Assembly (NCBI RefSeq): GCF_006345805.1
Contig: NC_043006.1
Span: 32,054,001-32,118,000, forward strand
Length of the DNA stretch: 64,000 bases
Reading direction: 5' to 3'
Source: Octopus sinensis
Taxonomy: Eukaryota
The translations under genes were made by a program, and so were the position numbers. Of this stretch, positions 12,248 through 26,300 are shown in pieces (positions within the stretch are counted from its first letter, which is position 1; each line of letters opens with the position of its first letter). The notes under the pieces are model-generated. The model ran no database searches and was not told where the DNA came from. It saw only the letters and a program-made list of their open reading frames with translations.

Positions 12248-15200
12248 CACACACATATCTGTTGAGAATATATAGAAGCTTGTAGTTACTAACCTTGGCA
12301 TCAGCGCCTTGTTTTTCATCTTCTTCTAAATCTTCCATCAGCTTGACAGCCAGGTCCTTGTTGATAGGAGGCAGTTTCTGCACCAAGAACATTAACCATA
12401 TTAGGGAAAAATGATATAAACACATATATTTAGTGCATGCAATGTATGTAGGAAAAGAGAAAGTAATTGAATGAATATTATCATTGATAAAGTCATAGAC
12501 ATGTCACAGTACACAGTATTGACCTGATCGTCAGATACTGTTATACACCACTGGTCACAATGTGCTTCCAATTCTGTCTTGATTGCACCATTCTTTCCTA
12601 TCTTTGACCCAGATTGCTTAACTAGATCATCTTCCCATCATCGTGGAGGTCTTCCAAGTGAACATTTTAGATCTCTTGGATATAATTTGGCAACTGTATG
12701 GGTCCACCTGTTTGTGAACCTTATGACATGTCTGGCCCAGCAGAACCTTGTGCTTTTGGGACTCTGCAATCGCATCTTTCACTCTGCTCCGCTCTTGAAT
12801 AATCTCATTTCCAATGTGCTCTCTTAATGATGTTCCTAACATCAATCTTTCCATGGGCCTTTGCATCATAGCCAATCGATATCCTATCCTCTTCACAGTA
12901 ACCCACATCTCACTTTCATTTAAGAGCACAGATAGGACTCTTCAAAATACATATATTCTTTTATTGTGTTTCAGTCATTTGACTGTGGCCATGCTGGAGC
13001 ATCACCTTTAGTCGAGTAAATCAATCCTAGGACTTATTCTTTGTAAATTTAGTACTTATTTTATCAGTCTCTTTTGCCAAACTGCCAAGTTACAGGGACA
13101 TAAACACACCAGCAATGGTTGTTAAGCAATGTTGGAGGGACAAACACAGACACATACATATATATATATATGTGGAGCCTGGTGCAGCCATCTGGTTTGC
13201 CAGTCCTCAGTCAAATTGTCCAACCCATGCTAGCATGGAAAGCGGACATTAAATGATGATGATGATATATATATTCGATGGGCTTCTTTCAGCTTCCATC
13301 CACCAAATCCCACTCACAAGGCTTTGGTCAGCCTGAGGCTATAGCAGAAGATACTTGCCCAAGGTACCATTCAGTGGAACTGAACCTGGAACCATGCAGT
13401 TGTAAGCAAGCTACTTACCACAGCCACTCCTGCGCCTATATAGTTCAATATTATTGAAAGATTTATTTCCAGAGTAAATATGTCAAAGGAATTTAAAGGC
13501 AGGCAAACCAAAGTGACTTTAAAAATAGAATCATACACACACACACACACACAAACACACAATATATCCTTTTCTAATGGTAGTTGACAGAACTTGCTAA
13601 AGCAAAAAAAATATCAGGGACTTTTTACTTATATTTCTTTCGAAGTTCAAATTGACGATGCAAGTGCTTATTTTTAGAATGACATTGTAAGGTAAGTGTG
13701 AAAGGCCAGACTTGGCTAATTTGAACACAAATCAGGCAGAATACTTGGGCTGGATTCGGCCAGTTTAAATGCTGAAAGGTTAAAAAGACATCCAAATGTG
13801 ACCTTTCATCAACTCTTGCACATTTGACCATTCACTCTAAATTCATTTCATCAAATTATTAAAATACAAACCTCAAGCTTGACATGAGTGGTTCGACTTT
13901 TCTCAATCGTTTCTCGAATTTTTTCTTTCTTGTATTTATCGTATGCAAACGGTTCAATGATTGCTTTTGCCTTGCAAAAATAAAATAAAATAATAATAAT
14001 AATTGTTATTAAGAAATTATAAAAACAAACCCTCAACGACACTCCTTTCCAGAAATACTATTTATATTATGATAATAACATAATATTTCCTCTGTTTGTT
14101 CTTACCTGCCTTCAATGCATGTATTTGAAGGTTACGCTTTATGTAACCTTCACTATGGAAGAAAATTGAAGACGTAAAAGAAATATTTAAAATAATGAGT
14201 GTCAAGAAGATTGATAAATTTATGCATTAAAATGGAAATAAGAACATTTATATAATGTGGAATTTCTACAGATCCTGTTAGTTCACAATGTTTGATAATA
14301 ACTGTATACATCATTTAACTGAAACAGCCCTGTCTCTCTCTCCCCATCTCTTGTAATCCCTACAATGTATAGACCCTCATCACCTACAAACTTCATGCTG
14401 ATGATGCCTTACAAAAACCTAAACTGAAGATTAGTCCCCTTAACCGTACCAAACTGAGCAAACTTAATAAGTTCATGGTTATGGTACCCTCCTCTCCATT
14501 TGACTGACTTGTAGTCATGGAGGCTAAGGATGTTTAAATTTACTAAAAAGCAAGTTCAGGCCTTTCCTAAAGGATATTAGCATTCAGATTACCCTCTCAA
14601 ATGTGTAAAGAGATAATTAATTCAAAGTAATTCATTTACATTGTTTTGAATTAATCATGCATTATCTCACTTTGTAAAGGGCATCCAGCTGCAGAAATCT
14701 TGCCAAAACAGATAAATGGAGCCTCGTGTAGCTCTCCAGTTCCTGTCACTCACACACACTTATATAAATAAATAAATAAATATATATATATATATTTTCC
14801 ATAATTTTTAAGGGAAGTATTGCTTTCCTTGCTTCCATGGACTGCATGCCTATAAGATATATATATATTAGAATAGGAAACCATGGCACAACAAGGCACC
14901 AATGTTTGCTGGATATAGTAGTCGAAAACTATACAACACTATGTAAAGCTGGCAAAGATGTGTGTGGGCATTTCGTCTTCAGTGAATCTAGCTGATGAAG
15001 GTTAACCAAAGTTACAATAACAAACATATTTTGGAAAGCCTGAAACTCAAGTACTAGGTCATCCATTTATCCGGTGTCGAACTGTCCAACCCATGCTAGC
15101 ATGGAAAATGGATGTTAAACGATGATGATGATATATATATATATATATGAACATAATCACCATTATCATTTTCATGACTGCTTTCTCATTGCCAACATGA

Positions 15201-17327
15201 ACCAACCCTGACACGAGCTGGACAAGATGTCTTGAAGAAATAATCTTCAACCAGATACCCTTCCTGACTTGTTTGCAAGAATTGTATTTTATTCCATGTC
15301 TTCATATACTGAACCACCAACTTCCAGGTTATTTGTTTGTGTAGAACATAAACAATGTCACTTCAGTCCAAGCAGAATCACATGCTTTCCTCATTTTCTT
15401 GCCATCTTTTACAAATCCTTTGCATTCTTGATCTACTTTGAGTCCCACTGATAAAAAAATTGATCTATTTTATGTTTCTCAAAGTTTCTAAATCCTTATG
15501 ACGTAAACAACAAACAACTCTGACAGGTACGAGCAAAGCTTCTAAAATGGATGGAGAAATCTAAAGGATTGCTTTGGTCCAATGTCTTGTCATATTTACA
15601 GAAGTGGGTTCAAGTCCCACAAGCAGCTTTTGACATTTTTCTATTCATAGGCATATTTTAACCCAATATTTACATGTTATTATTATAGCTTTATCTAATT
15701 TGAGTTCCACCCTTGAACCCTGCCCTCTCCAAAAAAACACAAGATTTATTTTAAGTCTCTTGAGGTTTCTAAGTTCTTCTGATATAAACAGCAAAATCTT
15801 AATTTTAAGTAAAATATGAGAAAAAGCTCTTTCTTCCTCTTCTTGAAAAAAAAAAAAGAAAAAAAAAGGAAGAAAAAATATGGTAGCAATTCCACCTACC
15901 TTATGATAGAGACGGGTGTCCATAAAGTAACCATGCATGTAGGCACGTAACATCTTGGAACCAATCAAGTGTGATAGACCAATCTCTTCTAGTTCATTTC
16001 GTGTAACAAACTTGTAGTCGTCATATACTGAAATATTTACCAAACATGTGAGATTAGAGAAAAGGCTTTGATTCGTGTAGCAATGTGTGGAGAGAAGAAT
16101 TGGTACAGCAGTTTGGAAATCTATGATGTAAGCGTGTCAGGAAAATTCACCGCAAATGCTTTTGCTGTAGAAAAATTTGCTGTTATGGAAGCACACAAGA
16201 ACACCAAACTAGATAAACGAGTTTTTGGGAACTATTTTTCTCTAATTGGTAGGTTACTTGAGAAAGTTACCATTTCAAGAAAACAGCTAAGTTTTTTTTT
16301 TTTTACAACAAATTTTTCCACGGCAAAATTGATTGCGATGAAATTTCCTGTAACCCAATGTGACATGGCTGATTGGACATTCAACCTGTTTGGGTGACAA
16401 TAGAGGTGCTGGAGGCAAATACACACGTGCACACACACACACACAACAGGTTTCTTTCAATTGCCATCAAACAAATCCACTCATAAAGCTTAGGCTGGCC
16501 CAAGGTTATAGAAGACACATGCTCAAGGGGCCATGCAGTAGGACTGAACCCAAGGCCATATGACTGGAAAGCTAGCTTCCTAACCACACGGCTATGACTG
16601 TGCCTACACAAAGTGATATGCAATGTAAGCACACATTGGTATAATATTGTCAGGGAAAAAAAACCCTTCAGAATTTGAAGAGGTTTTAAACAACGTAAAA
16701 GTCTAAAGACAAAATAAAATTAAAGCCAAACCTACCTGTTTCTATTTTGCTTTCTTCGAGTTCTTCAGTCAAACTATCCAAAAAGGAACACCATTTTGGA
16801 GCGGTTCCAATCGACTGCAAAGAAACCGTAAACAATAACAGTAAATTGTGAGTCTTTCATATTGGACAACATATAAACATCATCATTTCCATATTTGCAG
16901 GAGTTGGATAAAGTTTATTGAGGCAGGTTTTATATATAATGCCCTTCCTGCCACCAAACCTTGCTTGTTTCCAAGAAGGGTAATATTTTCCAATGGCCAC
17001 ACGTTTTTGTAGAATACTGGAAATGATCGACAAGGAGATACATTAACACACACGTGTTGCACTCATGATAGCAAGATCATGGTTTCAATTCCCAGACCAG
17101 TGGCAGATTGTGTTCTTGAGCAAAACCCTTCATTTCACATTGATCCAGTCCACTCAGTTGTAAGAGGGTCACCCTTCCAAAATGGACTAGCCTTCTGATC
17201 GGGGGTGGGGGTAATGCCCTGACAACTGAGTCACCAAGGGTGCAGCATTTGGAAACTACAATAATGCAGGGAAGGGCATTGTGGCCAGCAGTGTATAACA
17301 ACACCAGATTGTATGGTTGATACAATG

Positions 17328-17374
<47 letters not shown>

Positions 17375-20300
17375 TGGCACATAAAAAGTACCATTTGAGC
17401 AAGGCTGATGCCAGTGCTTGTGGCACGTAAAAAGTACCATTCGAGCATGGTTGATGTCAGTGGCCCCTGTGCTGGTGGCATGCAAAAAGCACCCACTACA
17501 CTCTTAGAGTGGTTGGTATTAGGAAGGGTATCCAGCTGTAGAAAAATTGCCAGATCAGATTGGAGCCTGGTGCAGCTGCTGGCTCTCCAGACCTCAGTCA
17601 AATCGTCGAACCCATGCCAGAATGGAAGGCAGACGTTAAACGATGATGATGATGATAATAATTATATGAAAGGTTTCTCTCAGTTGCTGTCTACCAAATC
17701 TAGTCAGAGTAGAAGACACTTGCCCAAACTGCCACACAATGGGACTGAACTTGAAACCCTGTAGTTGGCAAGTAAACTCCTTAACCACACAGCCATGCTT
17801 GCACTCACAAATATATAAAAACATAAAGGCAAATAGAGGGAACTTAGTGAAAGTGATTGCTTACTGGTAGGAAGTAGACGCGGATTTTAGGAGCTTCATT
17901 TGTTAGGAACACCATACCAGAGTTAGGGTAGACAGCTAAATCTGTAAGGGGTACACCTGGCTCAATAGCTGTGTATGCTTTACCCTGAAAACAAGAAACA
18001 AACACAGAAAATAAATAAAAAGGCATAAAATATTGACACATGCTCAAAAATGATTTTTTCCACTTAATTAATAAAATTAATTTGTTTTTGTTTTATAGTG
18101 GAATTCGATATCATATATGGGTCAATATCTCCCACACCTTGGTGTGTGTCATTATGATAAAATAAGCAGGTGTTAATGATTTCACATTTTGGCACAAGGC
18201 CTGCAATTTCGGGGGAGGGTGTAAGTTGATTTCATCAGCCCCAGTGTTCAACTGGCACTTATCTTAATGACCCCGTAAGCATGAAAGGCAAAGTCAACCA
18301 CAACAGAATTTGAACTCAATGTAAAGATCGATGAAATACAGCTAAGCATTTTGCCTGGTGTGCTAACGATTCTGCCAGGTGCCCCACCTTATGGTAGGAG
18401 TTAATAACAACAAATATTGTACAGCATTTACAAACTGTAAACTTACTGTGTGTTGGTTCCAGAAGCGAAGAGTTTTGGCATCCAGTGAAAGTACAAGATC
18501 TTCTTGGTTGTGGAAATAGATTGATTTGATAGGGAGACCATAATGGTGGTCTTTCACTAAGAGTGGTTGGTTGGAACGAAGATCATATAACAACACCTGA
18601 AATTATTGAAGCGTGATATGAGCCATTAACATTAAATTGTACCTGTAAAGATCATATAATAACACCTGAAATTATTGAAGCGTGATATGAGCCATTAACA
18701 TTAAATTGTACCTGTAAAGATCATATAATAACACCTGAAATTATTGAAGTGTGATATGAGCCATTAACATTAAATTGTACCTGTAAAGATCATATAATAA
18801 CACCTGAAATTATTGAAGTGTGATATGAGCCATTAACATTAAATTGTACCTGTAAAGATCATAGAATAACACCTGAAATTATTGAAGTGTGATATGAGCC
18901 ATTAATATTAAATTGTACCTGTAAAGAGAGGACCAAAGTGTCAGGTTGAAACAAAAAATTATTACAGCGGAGGATATTGTGGAATATATATATATATGTA
19001 GCAGAATAAGCACATAAATGTGGAACAGGGTGGCAAAAAATAGTACTCAAATACTGGAGGTAGAGTAATATGCTTTATTATTAAAGCTGTGTAAACATCA
19101 CTAAATATCCCAATGAATGGAAACGTGAAACTCTGAGTAGCAGTTTTTGCTCGTAACAAGTGATGAAACATGGGTTCATCACATTATGAACCGGAATCAA
19201 AGAGGCAGTCAATGGAATGGTGCCACTCTACGTTACCACCACCGAAAAAGTTCAAGACGCAAAAGTCGGCTGGAAAAATCATGGCAACTGTCTTTTGGGA
19301 TACTCAAGTTGTCATTTTGGTCGATTTCTTGCCCAAAGGAAAAGCAATAAACTCATAATAAGCTTCCTTTTGATGTATGATACATGTTCCTGTGTTGGTA
19401 ATTATACCTGTCCTAAACAAAATGGCATTGCTTTTTGACTCACCTTCGTACATTAATTTCATGGGCAGGGTGTTCTGTTGATCAGATCGTGACCGATGGA
19501 GTGGCAGTTTATATGCAAAATAATAACCTACAACTACAAACATGATTCCAGGCAGTGACCTGAACAACAACAACATCGAAAAATAGCTTAGGAATGAGAA
19601 CCCAGGTTCGAAATTTCTCCAAGACACCTGATGAAGGCTGTAGGGTATATCAGCTGAAACGTGTTAACAACAAACAAGATGAGGACAAATATCCATCAAA
19701 TGTAAATAATGTACATAATTCCTCATCTCTTAAATATAGAAGTATGCATTTGTCTCAAAAGAACCTGTCTACATCACTGGAGGCAAATGAAGTCACAAGT
19801 TACATCAGAACTTCCCTTTTCTTAGAGAGAGATGTCTAAACAAAGACTAGGGGTTTCTTACTCCCAGCCATAAAATGGCTGTTGACCTAATGAGGTCATC
19901 TGCCTTTTGATAGGTTTTGTTCTTTAGTCCTTCAGGGTGTGTAACAGAAATCACTCTCCTTACCAAGCAGACTTGGTGGGGTTGCCAGTTTCATTGCCGA
20001 CAGCCCAACCATGTGACAGGTTCAATTGGGTTACACATTAACAATAGCACTTGAGGTAAACAAAGAAGACTAACATGACCAGAACTGGTTCCAACGCCAA
20101 ATTTCAGAGCATCTTGATATTTAAGGGCTGTTACGGCAGGTTTGCTGTCGACTCTGAAAAGAGAGTTAAAACAATGTAGATTAACAATAGGAAGTTTTTC
20201 TCTTCTAATTGCAAGGATAACCAACTCATTATATAACATAAATGATATGACATAAATCAACAGTTATCACCATCATCATCATCATCACCAACTTAACGAG

Positions 20301-23300
20301 AGAGCTTCTACTTAGTCAAACAATTTGTTAGAAATAATAGCTAAAGCTCCTCAAATTACACTTTTCCATCTTAAAAAATTAAAGGACACCATGAATACTG
20401 CAGTCCTCAATAAATAAGATGAGATGGTCATGGCCTGAATGCATTTGATCAAAATCCTGCTCAATCAGGAGTGACTCGGGGCTAAACAACAGTATAACAA
20501 TCATCACTGATTTAAAACCCTTTTTTTCTCCCATTTCCATGCCATCATGTGTTGATTGGATCTTAGCATGGCATCCTTCCCCTGATCTTCATCTGTAAGG
20601 CCCAACATCCTGAGATCTAATCTCACCTATCCTCCTTAATGCCTTCTTGTATTCATTTAACAATTCATCATCATCATCATCATTGTTTAACGTCTGTTTT
20701 CCATTCTGGCATGGGTTTGATGGTTGGACTGGGGTCTGGGAAGCCAGGATGCTGCACCAGGCTCCAAACGAATCTGGCAAGGTTTCTATGGCTGGATGCC
20801 CTTCCAAACGCCAACCACTCTGAGAGTGTAGTGGGTGCTTTTTATGTGCCACTGGCATGGGAGCCAGTCAGGTGGCACTGGCAACGACCACACTCGAATG
20901 GTGCTTTTTACGTGCCACCGGCACAGGGGCCAGAGGAGGCTGGCAATGATGGCTGGTGCCTTTTGCAAAAAATTTTTTATCTGTCACTTGTTTCAGTCAT
21001 TGGACTGTGGCCATGCTGGAGCACCAACTTTGAGAGTTTAATCAAACAAATCGTCCCCAAAACTCACTTTTTTTAAAGTCTGATAACTTATTCTATTAGT
21101 CTCTTTTGCCAAGCCACCAAGTTACAAGGGTATAAACAAACCAACACTGGTATGTGCAGACTAATACAGACACAGGCAAACACACACACACACACACGCA
21201 ACGATCTCCACTCAGTTTCAGTGTACCAAATTCACTTGCAAGGCACTAGCTAGTCTGGGGCTATAACAGAAGACACTTTGCCAAGCTGCCATACTGAGGG
21301 ATTGAACCCAAAAACGAAGCAGTTGCAAAGTGAGCTTCTTAACTACACAGCCAATGGTATTTATTTACATTTATTAATCATAGGTGATCCCAGTTGCACT
21401 CAGAGCTGACCATGGGCTCAACAACAACAACAACAACAACATATACTAGCCACTATACTGAACGGTGTTTTCTCACAAAAACCCAAAGAGCAGATGTGGC
21501 TGTGTGGTAAGAAGTTTGCTTCCCAACCACATGGTTTCAAGTTCAGTCCCACTGCTGAGCACTTTGGGTAAATGTCTTCTACTATAGCCTCAGGCCAACC
21601 AAAGCCTGGTGAGTGGATTTGGTAGATGGAAACTGAAAGAAGCCTGTTGTATGTGTGTTTCAGTGTTATGTCATGCTTGAGAAAACTCATCAAGTGAAAT
21701 TGTAGTTGTGGTTGATGTTGGTGTCATGTAAAAAGCATCCACTGCACTTTTGGAATGGTTGGTGTTAGGAAGGGCATCCAGCTGTAGAAACCTTGCCAAA
21801 TTAGACTGGAACCTTGTGCAGCCCTCCAGTTTCAGTCAAGCCATCTAACCTATACCAGCATGGAAAGCAGACATTAAATGATGATGATGATATATATATA
21901 TATGTGTGTGTGTGTCTTTGTTTGTCTCCCACCACTGCTTGATGATCAGTGTTGGTTTGTTGACATCTCCATGACTTAGTGGTTCAGCAAAAGAGATCAA
22001 CAGAATAATTACCAAGCTTAAAAATAACGAAAGTAAAATATGTACTGGGTTCAATTCATTCGATAAAAAAAATCCTTCAAGGTGGTGCTCCAGCATGGCT
22101 GCAGTTGAATGACCGAATCAAATAAAAAATAAACGATAAACAAAATCAGAAGAAGCCTGCTTACTTTATGTGTTCCTTAAAGTTAGGGCTTAGCAAGCCA
22201 ACCCGATTCTTGGATCGTGGATCCCAGCATTCTATGGTACCCTGAAATAAGAAAATAATGGAATAAAATTTGACACCTTTTTGTTTTCCTTTGTTTTTCC
22301 TTTTTGGGTTGGATTGTTCTGAAAATTCAGCCATTTGTGTGAATATCCATCAATGCATGGCTGTCAGATGTCTCTGTAGTTATTTAATTATCATTTTTTC
22401 TTTTTAATAATAAGTGCAGGGCTGTCCGTAACATGAACCACCAAGGGAGATACTAATTCATAGAAATAGCAATGAAATATCCCTCAAATCACACCTTACT
22501 GCCTTAAGCCTTTAGTATTTAAACTGACCATATCCTGTCCAAATATTCTACCTGGCAAGATCTGGCCTCTCACACCTACCTGACAATGCCATCCTAAAAA
22601 TATACAATCACATCATCAAAATTTCAAAGCTACAAGATACTTGTCATCATAGGTTTACTTCATCTGGAAACCAACATAATGACAAATTTAAACTATAATA
22701 AAACAGGGAATTTCTTGAAAACTCATTCTGCTTTACTTGAAATCTTGGGCCCCACATGTTTAACACCCGTGAACATGCTTACAAAAAAAAAACAAAAAAC
22801 AACACAACATCCATGACTTTCAGAAACATTTTTTCATGCTCAGAATTGCTGAAGCATGGAATAAACTGCCAGCATCAGTCGTTAGCTGTCAGGACACTAT
22901 ATCCTTCAAAACTTCCATGCTTCCCAAAATTTGCCAACTGTACACTTGGTGAACTCAACTTTTTTAGTGACTCGATCACTGTTCACTACCTGTGCATTAT
23001 TGAATTTACTGTTCACCCACCTTTGGTTTTTTTTTTTCCTGATGAGTTGTTGTGCACCTGAGCAGTGTATACACTAAGCTCATTATTATTATTAGTTTTA
23101 AAGATTCATACAGCATATTGAACCAATCACCAACCAACCACGAGCATGAGATTCTCTATCATCAATGTCCAGTTGTCACTGTTTTATAAAAGCGTCATTG
23201 TTACACAAACTTTATGCAGACTGCTTTTGATATGAAGAATGGAAAACTAAACCAGTCTTGCACAAAAGAATTGCAAACCTTTGCAATTCTATTCCATTCA

Positions 23301-26300
23301 GCCCAAATATTGTTCTATAGATGCTCAAGCTGATTACTGACTGCATAAATTCTATCTCAGTGTGGCTTTGTACCAGTGACAAGAAGTTGAAGTATGATAG
23401 TGGGAGAGAATCAAGCGTCTTGCTGTAGAGGAGAGAGAGAGAGAGAGAGAAAATGGTGGTGAAGAGGTGTCAGGGGTTGGGTCTACAAAGGTCATAACCT
23501 GTCTATATCCGTCCTTTTAATTGTTATGCAAAACAACTGATTAAATAAATACGAGATAAAAAACCGGAACACACTTACTTCTCTGGTTCCACAAGTGAAG
23601 AGTTCATGATACATGTTCATATCACAGCAATTTGATGTTCTGCGAAGTGAAAAGAAGAAAAGTTGCGTTTGTATTGAGGCATATTAAATTGTTACACAAT
23701 GTTAGAAATCATATTACGGAGATGTACTTGCATAGCAAGTGACCTGATCTGGGATCGTGTGCTGAAACGAAAACAATTGCAGCGTGGAAGGTGTTTATAA
23801 GCCATTTAAAAACACACAAAAACCGTTAGATTCACTTCGACATTTAAATTTAATTTGCCAAAATATTTTTGTCGCTTTGAGACTGTGACCTGTTCACTGA
23901 CAAAATTCCGTGCTGCATCATATTGTGAAATATAAAAGACAAGAAAAGCAACAAAAACAGAAAAACAAGCACCACTACCTCCCAATCTCTGAAGAGAAGT
24001 TAAGGGACAGGGCTTAATTCTGGTTTCAAAGTTGATGAGAGGAAAATGTTTTGGACAGGATGCTAGTTTATTGCAGGTTAACACTCTTTATACTGATCTA
24101 AACCAGAGACCTGGTAGCTACGTGACCCCCAAAAATGGTAAATAAGATGTTCTGTCCAGAAACACTTAAACCAGATTTAGCTCATGACCTATGAGCAAAT
24201 TGCTCCAATACCGCATCTACTCAGTTGACCAATCTCTGCTATGGTCAAACTGGCCACTAAAACATCAATCACCATCATTTAATGTCCACTATTCCAGGCT
24301 TGCATGGGTCAGATAAAATTTATTAAAGCAGATTTTATATGGCTGGATGCTTTTCCTGCCACCAACCCTTGTTTTCAAGCAAGGCAATATTTCCCCAAAG
24401 TCAGACATCTTTTCACAGAAGACTGGCAAGGAACAGCATTGCTTGTGTGATGATGATGCTTATTTCCAAGTATCACATGATGTCAAGATAAAGCCACACA
24501 CATACATATACAGGCTGGGCTTCTTCAGTTTCTACCAAATCAATTTCCCTCACAAAGATATTGCAACAAACATTTGCCCCACGGTGGGATTAAACCTAAG
24601 ATTTCGCGATCGCAAAAAATATATAAAATCTAATTTACAACCATTAAGTGATTTTGTATTGTAAGGGAGGCAACTCTTCCTATTTCTCTTAACTTACATT
24701 CTACTGTTTTAAAACGGAAAGAGACGTAGGATAATGAAGAGGGTGTGGATCAGATGGGAGGGGTGCAGGGCAGAATTGGTGTACTTGATAGAGGTGGGCT
24801 GGGTCCACATTGGAAATATTTGGTAAAAGAGTTAAACAAAAGTGTTGAAAACTTACGTTGAATTTGTTTGAAATGGTAACATAAATCTGCCCAACTCAAG
24901 ATTTAAACGATAAACCTGGGAACTGGAGAAGCGAGAAAGAAATTAAAAAATTTAGATATTTCGACAACAAAAAATGTAGGAAGGGAAAACATGAATAAAA
25001 ACAAATGGTGAACTAAAATAAAAAAATTATTACTAAACAGAAACTGCACAGATTGTTTGCCAACATAACATGGCAGTCCTGGTTTAGGATGAATGTTGCT
25101 GTAATTTAGCCCCAAGAGACATCATCTTCAGTTGGCTATGTATCTTGGGGCTAAATTACGGCAACATTCGTCCTAAACCAAGACTGCCATGTAATGTCGG
25201 CAAAAATCTTTACTCTAAAGTACTGTTGCTGAATATCTCTCGTTGTGAGATGTAAAAATAGAAATTGCACAGTTGATAAAAAAATTCATTGAAATATTTT
25301 AATTTTTGTTAACTGAATTTCGATTTGTATTTGTTTTAATTTCAGCTTCTGGAAATGACTTATGCCACACAAGTATTCTGCCAAAAGATTAGATACTATT
25401 TATAGATTTAGAGCTCTTTGGCTACAATAAGTGGCGTTCACTCTGTCGTGAGCATTTGGACCGCATCTTGGAGGCCCAATTGCTGTTCTTCACTTAAGAA
25501 GAATGTTTTTTCTGATGGTGTGCAGTGAGGCAATCAAGTGTGTTGGGGGAAGGGGAGCTAAATACAGTAGCCATATCACATTCTACAATCTTATGTAGTA
25601 AAAGCATAATTTCCATTGTGAATTTGTTGTTATTTTCCCTGAGAAGATGGTGGAAGATTTTTTTTTCTAAATGCCATTATCTGATGCTAAAATGTTGGAA
25701 AATTGTTCCTTAATATACTAACCTGGCCCCAACAATAAACAAATCACAGAGAGAAGTGTGGTAAGTCATATCAAAACCATATTTTGGAACACGTGTACAG
25801 TAGTAGGTGCCAGCTTGGTTATGGAACTCCACATATCGGTTGACTTCAAGGAACACCAACTGGAAGAGAGGAGAGAATGTAACAAGATATTTAGTCTATC
25901 TATATAGATAAATAGATATGTATCTCAACATACATACACATACAAATATATATATATATAAAATATGAATTAGAGATAAAACCACTATTAGGCAACTCAG
26001 TTAATACTAAATCTAATTTTTCCCTGTAAGTTTGGAGCTATACTCCCTAATATTATGATATATATATAAAGTTATTTTGAAAAACAAAATGACATGAACC
26101 TTTTGGAACGAAATTTTTGTATTGTGTGTAAGCGCTTTCATAGTTCATCATCATCCGTATAAAGGAAGTTGCTGACTATTTGTGATTCAGTTTCAGATTT
26201 AGAATTCTTACAAAATATTTTGTAAAAAGGAAATTAAAAAATTTTTTCATTTGCACAAATGTCTAGATGTTCACAAAATAGAGAGGAATCATTAATTTGC

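Noticed and set aside
14399-14430. CTGATGA motif (also near 23039 and 50736)
   Set aside because: No stem II followed by GAAA
18579-18927. Possible in-frame 23-aa coding repeat extending NOL10 exon 10
   Set aside because: Each unit has TAA in the exon frame
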